Of a stretch of DNA of 64,000 bases, positions 10,435-19,558 are shown one piece after another. How positions within the stretch are numbered: the first letter of the stretch is position 1; each line of letters begins with the position of its first letter. Position numbers and translations under genes: made by a program. The DNA is from Saprospiraceae bacterium (GTDB taxonomy: Bacteria; Bacteroidota; Bacteroidia; Chitinophagales; Saprospiraceae), in the NCBI GenBank assembly GCA_028279185.1, contig JANQSS010000144.1, forward strand, positions 21,190 to 85,189, in the 5' to 3' direction. A model generated the notes under the pieces. The model searched no databases and was not told where the DNA came from. It worked only from the letters and a program-made list of their open reading frames with translations.

Positions 10435-10927
10435 CTTCATTTTTAATTGTCGAATTTGTCGACCGAAAAAGTTCATTGACATATTACACATACTTAGGTG
10501 TGTGGAAATAATAAGGGCAGCTTATTGTCCCAGGAGTTATCCTAAAAATAACTGTGGTAACACAGGTAAATCTGGAATTGGAGTTCACCAATCCGGAGAC
10601 TGGAGAAATTCAGTTTGAGTAAGCAAGCAATTATCGATTGTAAACCTAGTGGTCAGTGTCAAGCGATGAGATCATTGGTTGCAATTACCCAAGCAGTGGA
10701 GCGCGGGTTGAGATGGAGACATCAATAGGGAAAATTGTAGTGATTCGGTATATATAAGATTATCCATTTTTTTATATGCTGGTTGCAGTACGAGGGATAG
10801 GTGCTCGGTGACGAGTCGTTATCCTGCTGTACGGTGAGTCGGGAGACTTGCAGAAAGGAGTGGAGTATTCTGAGGGCCAAAATCTTCGGAGCTGCATCCG
10901 AGACACTTCTTTCAAAATCTACCAGAC

Positions 10928-10994
10928 AATGTGATTAGCTCATTGGTAGAGCGTCTGACAACTAATCAGAAAGTATTGGGTTCGATTCCCAAAT
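10928..10994 (+). tRNA. non-canonical tRNA-like element (possible pseudo-tRNA): perfect D-arm, anticodon arm and T-arm but A at position 33 and an unpaired acceptor stem
   Basis: D-arm GCTC-ATTGGTA-GAGC. Anticodon arm TCTGA-CAACTAA-TCAGA, where loop position 2 is A rather than the near-universal U. T-arm TTGGG-TTCGATT-CCCAA. Acceptor strands ATGTGAT and ATCGACT do not pair (about 4-5 of 7). Confidence 0.3.
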
Positions 10995-11466
10995 CGACTT
11001 TATTGTTAAAAGCAAAAGTCTCGGACGTAGCAAAGTAGTAATTGCCTAAACCCATTGTAATATATGGGCCGGATAATGCCGCAAGCATTGTGCGGGTAGT
11101 GCACATTCGTTTAGCCGGCTTCAAGGCCTGCCTTGGAGAACGTTAATTAAATGCCGGGGGCCAACCCCGCTGCTTATCGACTTGAGGGTCGTTGAGCAGT
11201 TGCAAAGAGCGACTAAAAGTCGCTATGCATGCTAAGTCTAAGGTGCTGATCATTTGCTATGTATCTATAATGGCATTGAGCCTTTACTGTGATGAAGCAA
11301 TTCGGAGCAGTGGATAACGAGGGAAAACTGAAGCCGCAACTTCGGTCATAATCTTCGGAAAGGAGGCTTGTAAAATGTGTAATCCCAACATTTTTTAAAA
11401 AATTCTAAAACATAATAAGTAAATGCTGAACGAATTTTAGTACAGCATTAACATAAAATTAAAATA

Positions 11467-11506
11467 CAACAATCAATCAGAACTGTGTTCTTCTGATTGA
11501 TTGTTG
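11467..11506 (-). terminator. intrinsic terminator hairpin downstream of the 11532..11915 gene
   Basis: Perfect 16-bp inverted repeat CAACAATCAATCAGAA / TTCTGATTGATTGTTG with an 8-nt loop. AT/U-rich flank on the minus-strand transcript. Confidence 0.5.
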
Positions 11507-11531
11507 CTCAAATTTTTACTAATCCGGTGAT

Positions 11532-11915
11532 TTAACAAACCGACCCACCATTGCAGGAATAGGTGTCGAAAGATGCCGTATACGTATTACAACCTCTTAC
11601 TACCACCGTTATTGTTAAATCTTCGCAATCGGGCAAATCATTAACAGAAAAACATGCATTTGGAGCAGTCCCAGTACCGCTTGCTACTGTATTTCCGCTG
11701 CCATCTTTAACCGTATAGGCGATAATTAATGTTCCAGAGCCGCAACCGGAAATGGTAACGTTAATATCACCACAATTAGAAGATACGGTTAGGCCAGATG
11801 CAGATTCGGTAATCAACTCTTCCTTTAGATCATCCGAATCAACATTAAAGGAAGCTCCAAAAGCCAAACCAACTACGCATAGCGATAAAATTAAAATAAA
11901 CAAGTTCTTTTTCAT
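11532..11915 (-). CDS. small secreted Cys/Gly/Thr-rich protein (127 aa)
   Basis: Signal peptide 'MKKNLFILILSLCVVGLAFGA'. Multiple Cys residues. Strong terminator follows. Confidence 0.55.
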   Translation of the reverse strand: MKKNLFILILSLCVVGLAFGASFNVDSDDLKEELITESASGLTVSSNCGDINVTISGCGSGTLIIAYTVKDGSGNTVASGTGTAPNACFSVNDLPDCEDLTITVVVRGCNTYTASFDTYSCNGGSVC

Positions 11916-12142
11916 GATTACTATTTTTAATAAGTTGCCTACTCTTTTCTAGCTTTTCGGCGTCCGCATATGCAGATTAATACCAGTAAGACCAAAAAGA
12001 TACCGGTGAATCGAACTTTTTTATTGAAAAAAATAATTTCAAACGATACCGCATACCGAAGAACCACTCATTATAGCATTTTGGCTCCTTTGCTATTCTC
12101 GACAAAATGTAATACATTTCTTTTCTATAAATAATTAAACCT

Positions 12143-12700
12143 ATGCTTGACTTCATTTCTCAACCCTGGCCATGGTACGTGTCAGGACCAATGATCGCCT
12201 TAGTCATGTTACTTCTCTTGCTTTCAGGTGGCAACTTCGGTGTCAGCAGCACATTACGAAGTACATGCTCTATTTTAGGCGCCGGTAAACGGGTGAAATT
12301 CTTTGACTTTGATTGGAAAAATCAAATTTGGAATTTAGTCTTTGTGTGCGGAGCGGTAGTTGGAGGGTGGGTTGCGTCTACCTGGTTGAATGGAAATCAT
12401 GACCTGGAAATTTCACAGGCAACTGTAGAATCCCTGGCAGAACTTAATATCGCGTTCTCCGGAGGTCTGGTTCCTGAATCATTGTTTAGTTGGGAGCACG
12501 TACTATCTCTTCAGGGGTTCCTGGTTATCATTGTCGGTGGCTTCCTTATCGGATTTGGTGCGCGTTGGGCAGGTGGATGCACATCAGGACATGCGATTAG
12601 TGGGCTCTCAAATTTTCAATTTCCTTCCCTTCTTGCCGTAATTGGGTTTTTCATCGGAGGCCTCATCATGACATTTCTACTTTTTCCCATTATCTTTTAA
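12143..12700 (+). CDS. YeeE/YedE family (sulfur-transport-type) membrane protein, first half
   Basis: Polytopic membrane protein carrying the family motif 'GGCTSGHAISG'. Confidence 0.75.
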   Translation: MLDFISQPWPWYVSGPMIALVMLLLLLSGGNFGVSSTLRSTCSILGAGKRVKFFDFDWKNQIWNLVFVCGAVVGGWVASTWLNGNHDLEISQATVESLAELNIAFSGGLVPESLFSWEHVLSLQGFLVIIVGGFLIGFGARWAGGCTSGHAISGLSNFQFPSLLAVIGFFIGGLIMTFLLFPIIF

Positions 12701-12711
12701 TTCAACCATAG

Positions 12712-13125
12712 ATGAAGTACATAAAATATTTAATGATTGGCATTCTCTTTGGCATCATAATGACAAAATCCGAAGCTGTTTCCTGGTACCGGATCCAGGA
12801 AATGTTCCGTTTTCAAGCATTTCATATGTACGGTATTATAGCGACAGCATTACTTTTCGGTGTGCTCATTACGCGAGTTCTTAAATACAATACCTACAAA
12901 TCTATAGATGGTAAGCCAATTCAATTTCAAGACAAACAACGAAGTGTAGCCCGATATCTTCTGGGCGGTATAGTTTTTGGTCTCGGCTGGGCGCTGGCAG
13001 GTTCATGCCCAGGACCAATGTTTACTTTATTGGGAAATGGATTTACAATTTTCATTTTAGTTATTGCAAGTGCGGTATTAGGAACTTTTACATATGGCCT
13101 TTTACGTGACAAATTGCCTCATTGA
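12712..13125 (+). CDS. YeeE/YedE family membrane protein, second half
   Basis: Motif 'AGSCPGPMF'. Adjacent to the first half with an 11-nt gap, the typical split-pair arrangement. Confidence 0.75.
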   Translation: MKYIKYLMIGILFGIIMTKSEAVSWYRIQEMFRFQAFHMYGIIATALLFGVLITRVLKYNTYKSIDGKPIQFQDKQRSVARYLLGGIVFGLGWALAGSCPGPMFTLLGNGFTIFILVIASAVLGTFTYGLLRDKLPH

Positions 13126-13162
13126 TGAACGTATGATAGCAGACAAAATCGGCTACTATATA

Positions 13163-13200
13163 AAAAGGGTAGTCAAAATTGACTACCCTTTCTCGATTTT
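13163..13200. terminator. bidirectional terminator hairpin between convergent genes
   Basis: AAGGGTAGTC-AAAATT-GACTACCCTT followed by T-rich sequence. Confidence 0.5.
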
Positions 13201-13212
13201 ATGGAGTATATC

Positions 13213-13557
13213 TTATTCTTGTTTAAACTCAACAGAAATTTCATATTCGGCTTGATCATCCGATAATTTTGTACTTATCTTTCTTCCTTCCAATTGCTTT
13301 TTAATTGTTTTGCAAACTTCGTGGTCTGCGCAATCAACTTCAATTACTTCTATTCTATTTTTCCGATTTAATTTAAACGTAACATGTGCAGCAATGTCTA
13401 CGACATCAATTCCCATTTGCGAAAGGTGTGTGGTGACTTCGGCGCGTAATGATTTTTTCTGTTTCGTTGTTGAATTTGAAATATCCGCTGCGGAGACAGA
13501 TGAGATTGAAAGCATAATTGTCAACATAACGAAAGAAAGACTCTTTAAAAGTTTCAT
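13213..13557 (-). CDS. small secreted protein, paralog A (114 aa)
   Basis: Signal peptide. Shares an 'S(L/Q)LRAEV' block and overall design with the 13949..14326 product. Confidence 0.55.
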   Translation of the reverse strand: MKLLKSLSFVMLTIMLSISSVSAADISNSTTKQKKSLRAEVTTHLSQMGIDVVDIAAHVTFKLNRKNRIEVIEVDCADHEVCKTIKKQLEGRKISTKLSDDQAEYEISVEFKQE

Positions 13558-13948
13558 AGATTGTGATTTGTGGTTAAAAAATCTAGATAATGTCGTGCGT
13601 GTGAAACACGATCAAAAGAGTACGTTTCAATTCATTGGCAAATTATTTCGTTTTAACAATGTTCTACTAATGTGAATTTCTTTGTGACTCTCTTATAACA
13701 TTATCGATGAAATAAAATTGCTACTTCATCAAAATATTAACAATTACCTTCTACAAATTCATGCAAATACTCGATAAACATTTTTACTATAAGTCCTATT
13801 AGAAAACTCAGTAAACGAATACCGCATATTAAAAGGTATATTCGTTTAACACAAATAAATTTCTTATGTCAAAGCCATCATAATGAAAAAAGACACCTGA
13901 TCCTTCGACCAGATGCCTTCACATTCATCTACACTTGATATGTACCGG

Positions 13949-14326
13949 TTATTGCTCTTTCTGAAATATTAAATCGATAAAATACTTCTGATTCTTGTCT
14001 TTGAGGTGTGTTTTAACTTTTTTATAGTTCAAACGACGTTTTATAATGGATGAAATGTCATCGTTCTCAGATTCAACATACAGCACAACGATCTCGTTTT
14101 TGGCCGAAACCATAAAACTCACGGTGGCTACTTCACGCCCGTCAATCAACTCCAGGTCGACATCATTTATATATTTCAATACCTCTGCTCGTAGCTGTGA
14201 TTTCGTTTCATCTGGAGTAGGTGGACTTGTGTCGGCGATAGCAGATGTACTAAATAGGGCCGATACGAATAATAAGAGCACAGAACTTTTAATCATCTTC
14301 ATTACAAAATATTTTTGGGTTAACAA
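13949..14326 (-). CDS. small secreted protein, paralog B (125 aa)
   Basis: Signal peptide 'MIKSSVLLLFVSALFSTSAIA'. 'SQLRAEVLKYINDVDLELI' parallels 'SLRAEVTTHLSQMGIDVVDI' in paralog A. Confidence 0.55.
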   Translation of the reverse strand: MLTQKYFVMKMIKSSVLLLFVSALFSTSAIADTSPPTPDETKSQLRAEVLKYINDVDLELIDGREVATVSFMVSAKNEIVVLYVESENDDISSIIKRRLNYKKVKTHLKDKNQKYFIDLIFQKEQ

Positions 14327-15120
14327 TTTTTAAAGTTTATAATAAGCTATTCTTAGCGTGATGGATAATTAAACCTAATACGCTCATGTCGTGTTGCCCT
14401 GCCCCTAAATTTTATTCCCACCTTTCTACTAATAAGGGTCGAAAGTCGATGAGCGTATCGACATCATATGCAAACAATTCTTGTTTGCATTTATGTAAAA
14501 AATTCGATTTGTTAACATCTGGTTAAAGACTCTGTTAAGATAAAATATCCTCTCGCGGCAATTTTGCTGTTGCTGTATTGAGCCCAGGTAAAAGCTACAT
14601 GTTTTATTCATGCAGCTGACTGTGGACAAGGAGGTAAATTGGTTAACGAACATACGGTCCGCCGAAAGGTCAGTGATTAGATGATGTTGTGTTGTAACCG
14701 TTGGTTATAGGAAAATTTCATCTACGCTGATCGATACTGCAAAGGAGTATTAATTTATAGCCAACAATGTAACCCCCTGGCGATCCCGCTCCCAATACGT
14801 TTTCGATCCATCTTGAATACCAGGGCAATGACACTTCAAAGGTCTGTGAAGACTTTTGAGTATTGGGTGTAATGCAGCCAAATGAAATTGTCATTATTCT
14901 TGCCGAAGCCACATTCGATAACAGCGAAGCACTTGAGCAAGACGAACCACGACAATATTTGATGTTGGGCTTCCATAAAAGTCTGTACGCGCCAAGGTCC
15001 GAGACAAAATTACAGACCATTTCGCCGCTTACATTCACCTCGATTGCACTAGATCCAATAATTAAACCCCTCCTAGGCGAGCCTAGCATTTATAAACAAC
15101 CTATCAGACAGCTCTTTAGT

Positions 15121-15558
15121 CTATGAACTGTGGTCGCTGACGATGAACCACTTTCCTTTGATTTTTTTCATCAAAACGGAAAAGTATCCTTGCCGTACCT
15201 CTTCTTGTTCGGCAAATGTCAGGTTAAAACGGCCAATGACATAATAATATTTAGCGCCTATTTTTCGAAATTGCATATGGTCGAAATGCAATTTTCCCAT
15301 GCGTTCTGGTGGAAAGTACTGCTGATATTGCTTTAAAATAACGTCATACCCTTTTGTTACACCAGCTCTGGAAATTGTTTGAATCTCTTCTGTCGTAGCA
15401 TATGCCTGCATGTAACAAACGAGATCTGAATTATTCCAGCACATTTCTTGTTTTTTAAAATTCGCTTTAATACCCTCCACAGCTTTATTCTGTGCCATTG
15501 CACAACAGCACATTAAAAATGTAGCAGTCAATACTGAAAAAATCCTCATTCGTACCAT
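15121..15558 (-). CDS. small secreted NTF2-like/DUF4440-like protein
   Basis: Signal peptide; ~145 aa. Fold assignment is tentative, based on size and pattern only. Confidence 0.45.
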   Translation of the reverse strand: MVRMRIFSVLTATFLMCCCAMAQNKAVEGIKANFKKQEMCWNNSDLVCYMQAYATTEEIQTISRAGVTKGYDVILKQYQQYFPPERMGKLHFDHMQFRKIGAKYYYVIGRFNLTFAEQEEVRQGYFSVLMKKIKGKWFIVSDHSS

Positions 15559-16961
15559 GTGTTTTTATCAAATTTTCTTGGATTGAAGTATTTATGTTCT
15601 AATAGTCGTGGTGCTTGGATATTATGATAGTATTCTGATTGACGTAGATTGCCATTTATATAAAAATAAACTTCCCCTTCTATCCAGTACGGTCCATAGG
15701 ACTCATGGCCTGCATATCGCACATCCAATGATTTTCCGCTCTTGGTTCTACTAATACGCCTGACGACGGCATGATGCTGGGCATCATACCAAACTTGAGG
15801 CGAGGTTAAATCTCCTTCGTTCGCTCCAATAATGTATACGGGGCGGTTTAAATATTTTCCAGTTCGAAATATTTCTGTATTGATACCCAAACTATCCAGG
15901 CGCCATTTTATTTCCGCCTCATCATAGTGGTGAAATCCATTTTTAAATAATAGCGAAGCTTGATACTCTCCAGCAGCATGAACAATTTCTCCTTTTCTTA
16001 ATACATATAAACTGTCCGCACACCACAAGTTGCGATTTTTATCCTTCGCAGAACCGAAGTCAATTCGAAATTGATGTGGATATCGAACAGCCTCATGCCA
16101 ATAAGAAGTGTCCTGTATATTACCCTCTTCATCAAAACGTACCGTCTCTTGATAGAATGTGAATCCATCTAACCTCTGATCGCGAAACTGATCTTTTAGG
16201 TAGGCGTAATAGCCCATTGTTGTCCTAGGGTGGAATTCGAAAAAATTAACTGGATATTCTTCGTTGACCTTAATGCTATCATAGGTCATTTCAAATTGAC
16301 GACCATCACTTGCAATTAAGCTTATCCGAAAAGGAAAAGGATAGCCATCCACTTTTTTGAAATCGTAGAATTTGGTCTTATAGTATACTCCTGCGTGAGC
16401 CGGATCTTCGGAATACTCACCTGTCATGTATATTAAACTAGTCTTTAAGTCGATCCAATACATTTGCGTATCTACAACAGACTTCACTACTTGCAGCACC
16501 GCACATGACTTTTCATCTATCCTTTCATCTTTTAGCCGTGTTACCGTATATGGATAATTTCTGGCAAACAATAGCTCTTCATAAAATTCCGGCTCTTCTT
16601 CCATTTCAATTTCCTCTCCTGGTCTCATCTCTATATAATTTCCATCAATTGATAGAAAGCCTTGTTTTCCGTCATACGATTTAATTCGTTGACGTCCATC
16701 GCGCCAACTTACTATTTTGTACTCATCCGGTTTGCGATTGTGGTTTGTAACGACTACGCCATTTGGTCGTGTTTGAAACAAGGTGTAGGTTCGCATATTT
16801 TTCCACAAATCCGTACCGCCCATTGCATCAATATGCGCGTCCAAAATGACATCAACATTATGTTCAAAATTTTGGCCCGATATTACAGCAGCAAACCAGT
16901 TTATCGTAATAACTAATAGCGTATACAGCTTTAATTTATGTACCTTTTTACTTATTCCCAT
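15546..16961 (-). CDS. hypothetical secreted protein (471 aa)
   Basis: Hydrophobic N-terminal signal/anchor. Aromatic-rich. No recognised catalytic motif. Overlaps the downstream gene by 13 nt. Confidence 0.55.
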   Translation of the reverse strand: MGISKKVHKLKLYTLLVITINWFAAVISGQNFEHNVDVILDAHIDAMGGTDLWKNMRTYTLFQTRPNGVVVTNHNRKPDEYKIVSWRDGRQRIKSYDGKQGFLSIDGNYIEMRPGEEIEMEEEPEFYEELLFARNYPYTVTRLKDERIDEKSCAVLQVVKSVVDTQMYWIDLKTSLIYMTGEYSEDPAHAGVYYKTKFYDFKKVDGYPFPFRISLIASDGRQFEMTYDSIKVNEEYPVNFFEFHPRTTMGYYAYLKDQFRDQRLDGFTFYQETVRFDEEGNIQDTSYWHEAVRYPHQFRIDFGSAKDKNRNLWCADSLYVLRKGEIVHAAGEYQASLLFKNGFHHYDEAEIKWRLDSLGINTEIFRTGKYLNRPVYIIGANEGDLTSPQVWYDAQHHAVVRRISRTKSGKSLDVRYAGHESYGPYWIEGEVYFYINGNLRQSEYYHNIQAPRLLEHKYFNPRKFDKNTWYE

Positions 16962-17012
16962 TTTAATTTAAAATAAATCCACTGAATGGTAAAAATTATC
17001 GTATTCTCTTTG

Positions 17013-19424
17013 CTAAGTGGCACGTCGCATTTCATCCTCAGCACTTGTTTGCCTTCGCTGCCGTGGTGCCACACGTTGATTGCCAAATCGATAAGATAAT
17101 GATAAAGTGGCAATTCGTGTATCGCGAATACTTTCAAACTCTTCATTTATATTTCCAAACCGGGTATGCCCACGTGGATAAGAGCGCCACAGAATATCTC
17201 GAACATTAAATCGCACTTGTCCCCTATTTTTCCAAATCTGTTTTTGCAAACCAACATCTAAATTATAGCGTGCTTTCATAACGGAAATGCCATACGTAAG
17301 ACTGGGCTGATAGCGGAAGTTGAGTTCACTCCGCCAACCTTTTCCGATGGCAAATCCGTTACTAAAAGACACATTGTAAGACAAATCCTCATTGTTCAAA
17401 TCGGTTCTTGAAACGATGCCTTTGTATTGATTATAAAAAACGGTCCCATCCATCCGACAAGTCCATTGTTCAATAGGATTTATCGTTCCTGACAAGTTGA
17501 GTGCCGCATAATTATATGTCCCAATGTTTACGAATGTAACAATGGTAATTCGCTCCAAATCATCCTGCAGCAAAACATTGATCATGTTATCTTTTGTCTG
17601 CGCCAGAGTTAAATTGGCAGAATACCGCTGATTAAATGTATATCCTAAATTTATATTTACACTTGACTCAGGCCGTAAAAATGGGTTTCCATCACGAGCC
17701 GTAGTCACGTCAACAAATCCTCGAAATGGATTAAGTTGCGCATAGCTTGGTCGATTTATTCTGCGGCCAATGTTGAGACTAAATACGTGATTTTCTGAGG
17801 GCGTGAAGTTGACAAATACACTTGGAAACAATTGCACATAGTTACGATGAAAAGACGTATCCGTAGTCAATTGATTTCCATCAGCCACGGTTTGTTCACC
17901 CCGTAGACCAACCTGCATATTCCATTTTCCTGCGTTTTTTCCCAGAGTAAAATACACAGCATTAATATTTTCGTCATACAAAAAGTGATTACTCTGATCC
18001 GTATCCAGTATTTCTTGGTCATTAACCTGATCAAAATATTTTAAATTATTGTCATTTTTAACCAAACTACTTCTCAATCCGGTTTCGAATTGAACTGTCT
18101 CCAATATAGGATAAGAAAAATCAATACTAGCAGCATATAACGAAATGTCACCAGAAATATCACCGCGAAGGCCCTCATATCCGATAAATGCATGGTTTTT
18201 ATCAAAATATGATGTGGTAAAATGCTGGTCAGCAGCGCTGCTGTATTGCGCAACATCCACGTTTACCCGAATTTGTGACTCTTCCTTGGCCAATTTGTGT
18301 TCAAACATTACATTCACTGCTCCATTCCCTCGCTTAACAACTGACCTGTTGGTTGAATTAAACCCGCCCGTAAACATTTCATCTCGGTCAAAAATGAGTG
18401 ACTCCCCGTTACCTTTAGGTTTAAAATAATTGAAATTTCCGGTCAATAGGACACCAATAGTCGATTTATCACTTACATACATATCCATTCCGCCAGTAAC
18501 ACTGTATCCATGTATCCCACGGACGAGCGTCGCGTCCTGGTCGTATGTATTCTCGATTTCATCATTTATGGAAAACCTTCTATGCGTTAATAAATTGTTG
18601 GAATACTCATTGTATCCCCCATTTACGTTAGCATGTAAGTTTAATTTACTACTCCGTTTATTTAATTGAAAACTACCATTTGATCTATGGTGTATTCCTC
18701 TTCCATAGGAAAGGCGAATTGAACCATTTGTGCCGTGTCCCGCATCACGTTTTCGAACAATGTTTATAATCCCGGCTGTTCCCTCGGCGTCGTATCTGGC
18801 CGATGGATTATTGATAATTTCAATATTTTGAACTGAGCCCGAAGGGAGAGTCTGCAAGAAATTTATCAAGTCCAATCCCAGTAATCGCGCGGGTTTATTA
18901 TCTAATAATATGCGTACACCCGGTCGTCCATTCAATGAAATTGCTCCATCTTGATCTATGGATATACCTGGTGATTTTTCCAACACTTCATAGGTATTAG
19001 CTCCGACGTCAATAATACTATTTTCAACATTGATTATAAGCTTATCGAGTCGACGTTCAATAAATGGTCGCTCAGCCGATACTACAACTTCATCAAGCAT
19101 ATGTTCGTCGATGCGCATAATAATATCTCCCATGTCAATGTTTTCTTCTGAAAAGTCCTGTAAAACACGCTCCTGATGTTCTCGGTACCCTATGTAACTA
19201 AATTGAACATAAGCGATAGCTTTATCTGTGGTTGAAATAGAAAAAGCACCATTTTCTTCACTCAACACACCTGTCAACAATATCGAATCAGATGAAAATG
19301 CCATCACATTGACAAAGGGTAACGGCTTCATATTTGAAGTTTTAATTATTCCGTAAAGATTTAGTGTTTGGCTAACCGCCATATGCATGGTGAACAAATG
19401 AATAAAGAGAATTAAATAACGCAT
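17013..19424 (-). CDS. TonB-dependent receptor-like outer-membrane beta-barrel (CarboxypepD_reg-like N-domain, plug, barrel) with a short basic C-terminal extension
   Basis: Signal peptide. N-terminal carboxypeptidase-regulatory-like domain. Plug-like 'ISLNGRPGVRILLDNKP'. Long alternating beta-strand region. '...LSLSYRFG' barrel terminus is followed by a ~25-aa Arg-rich tail. Confidence 0.7.
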   Translation of the reverse strand: MRYLILFIHLFTMHMAVSQTLNLYGIIKTSNMKPLPFVNVMAFSSDSILLTGVLSEENGAFSISTTDKAIAYVQFSYIGYREHQERVLQDFSEENIDMGDIIMRIDEHMLDEVVVSAERPFIERRLDKLIINVENSIIDVGANTYEVLEKSPGISIDQDGAISLNGRPGVRILLDNKPARLLGLDLINFLQTLPSGSVQNIEIINNPSARYDAEGTAGIINIVRKRDAGHGTNGSIRLSYGRGIHHRSNGSFQLNKRSSKLNLHANVNGGYNEYSNNLLTHRRFSINDEIENTYDQDATLVRGIHGYSVTGGMDMYVSDKSTIGVLLTGNFNYFKPKGNGESLIFDRDEMFTGGFNSTNRSVVKRGNGAVNVMFEHKLAKEESQIRVNVDVAQYSSAADQHFTTSYFDKNHAFIGYEGLRGDISGDISLYAASIDFSYPILETVQFETGLRSSLVKNDNNLKYFDQVNDQEILDTDQSNHFLYDENINAVYFTLGKNAGKWNMQVGLRGEQTVADGNQLTTDTSFHRNYVQLFPSVFVNFTPSENHVFSLNIGRRINRPSYAQLNPFRGFVDVTTARDGNPFLRPESSVNINLGYTFNQRYSANLTLAQTKDNMINVLLQDDLERITIVTFVNIGTYNYAALNLSGTINPIEQWTCRMDGTVFYNQYKGIVSRTDLNNEDLSYNVSFSNGFAIGKGWRSELNFRYQPSLTYGISVMKARYNLDVGLQKQIWKNRGQVRFNVRDILWRSYPRGHTRFGNINEEFESIRDTRIATLSLSYRFGNQRVAPRQRRQTSAEDEMRRAT

Positions 19425-19558
19425 TCGAATTAGTTTAGTAACACAAGTTACTTGGATTAAATATTCGCGACATAGTAAAATTTATCCTCGTTCATGTCGA
19501 ATTTTTACTATTAGAGGTGGGAATTTACCTACATCTTTATCAGCTTAAGTAAAATATT

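Noticed and set aside
10436-11420. tmRNA, RNase P RNA or SRP RNA in the ORF-free island
   Set aside because: No tag-peptide ORF ending in a stop and no acceptor/T-arm-only tRNA-like domain for tmRNA. No GGAAAGTCCGG...ACAGAANCCGGCTTA P4 strands for RNase P in the correct spacing. No GGAAGCAGC domain-IV motif for SRP. Left as unassigned structured RNA.
14327-15126. Overlapping ORFs 14718..15089 (-) and 14863..15126 (+) and the upstream 14380-14720 non-coding stretch
   Set aside because: Neither product has recognisable features and they occupy the same DNA on opposite strands. No riboswitch consensus recognised by eye. Left unannotated as likely non-coding or pseudogene remnant.
16952-17146. 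Short ORFs overlapping real genes (e.g. 16952..17146, 18074..18256, 25522..25707, 35001..35406)
   Set aside because: They lie antisense or out of frame within well-supported long genes. No independent support.
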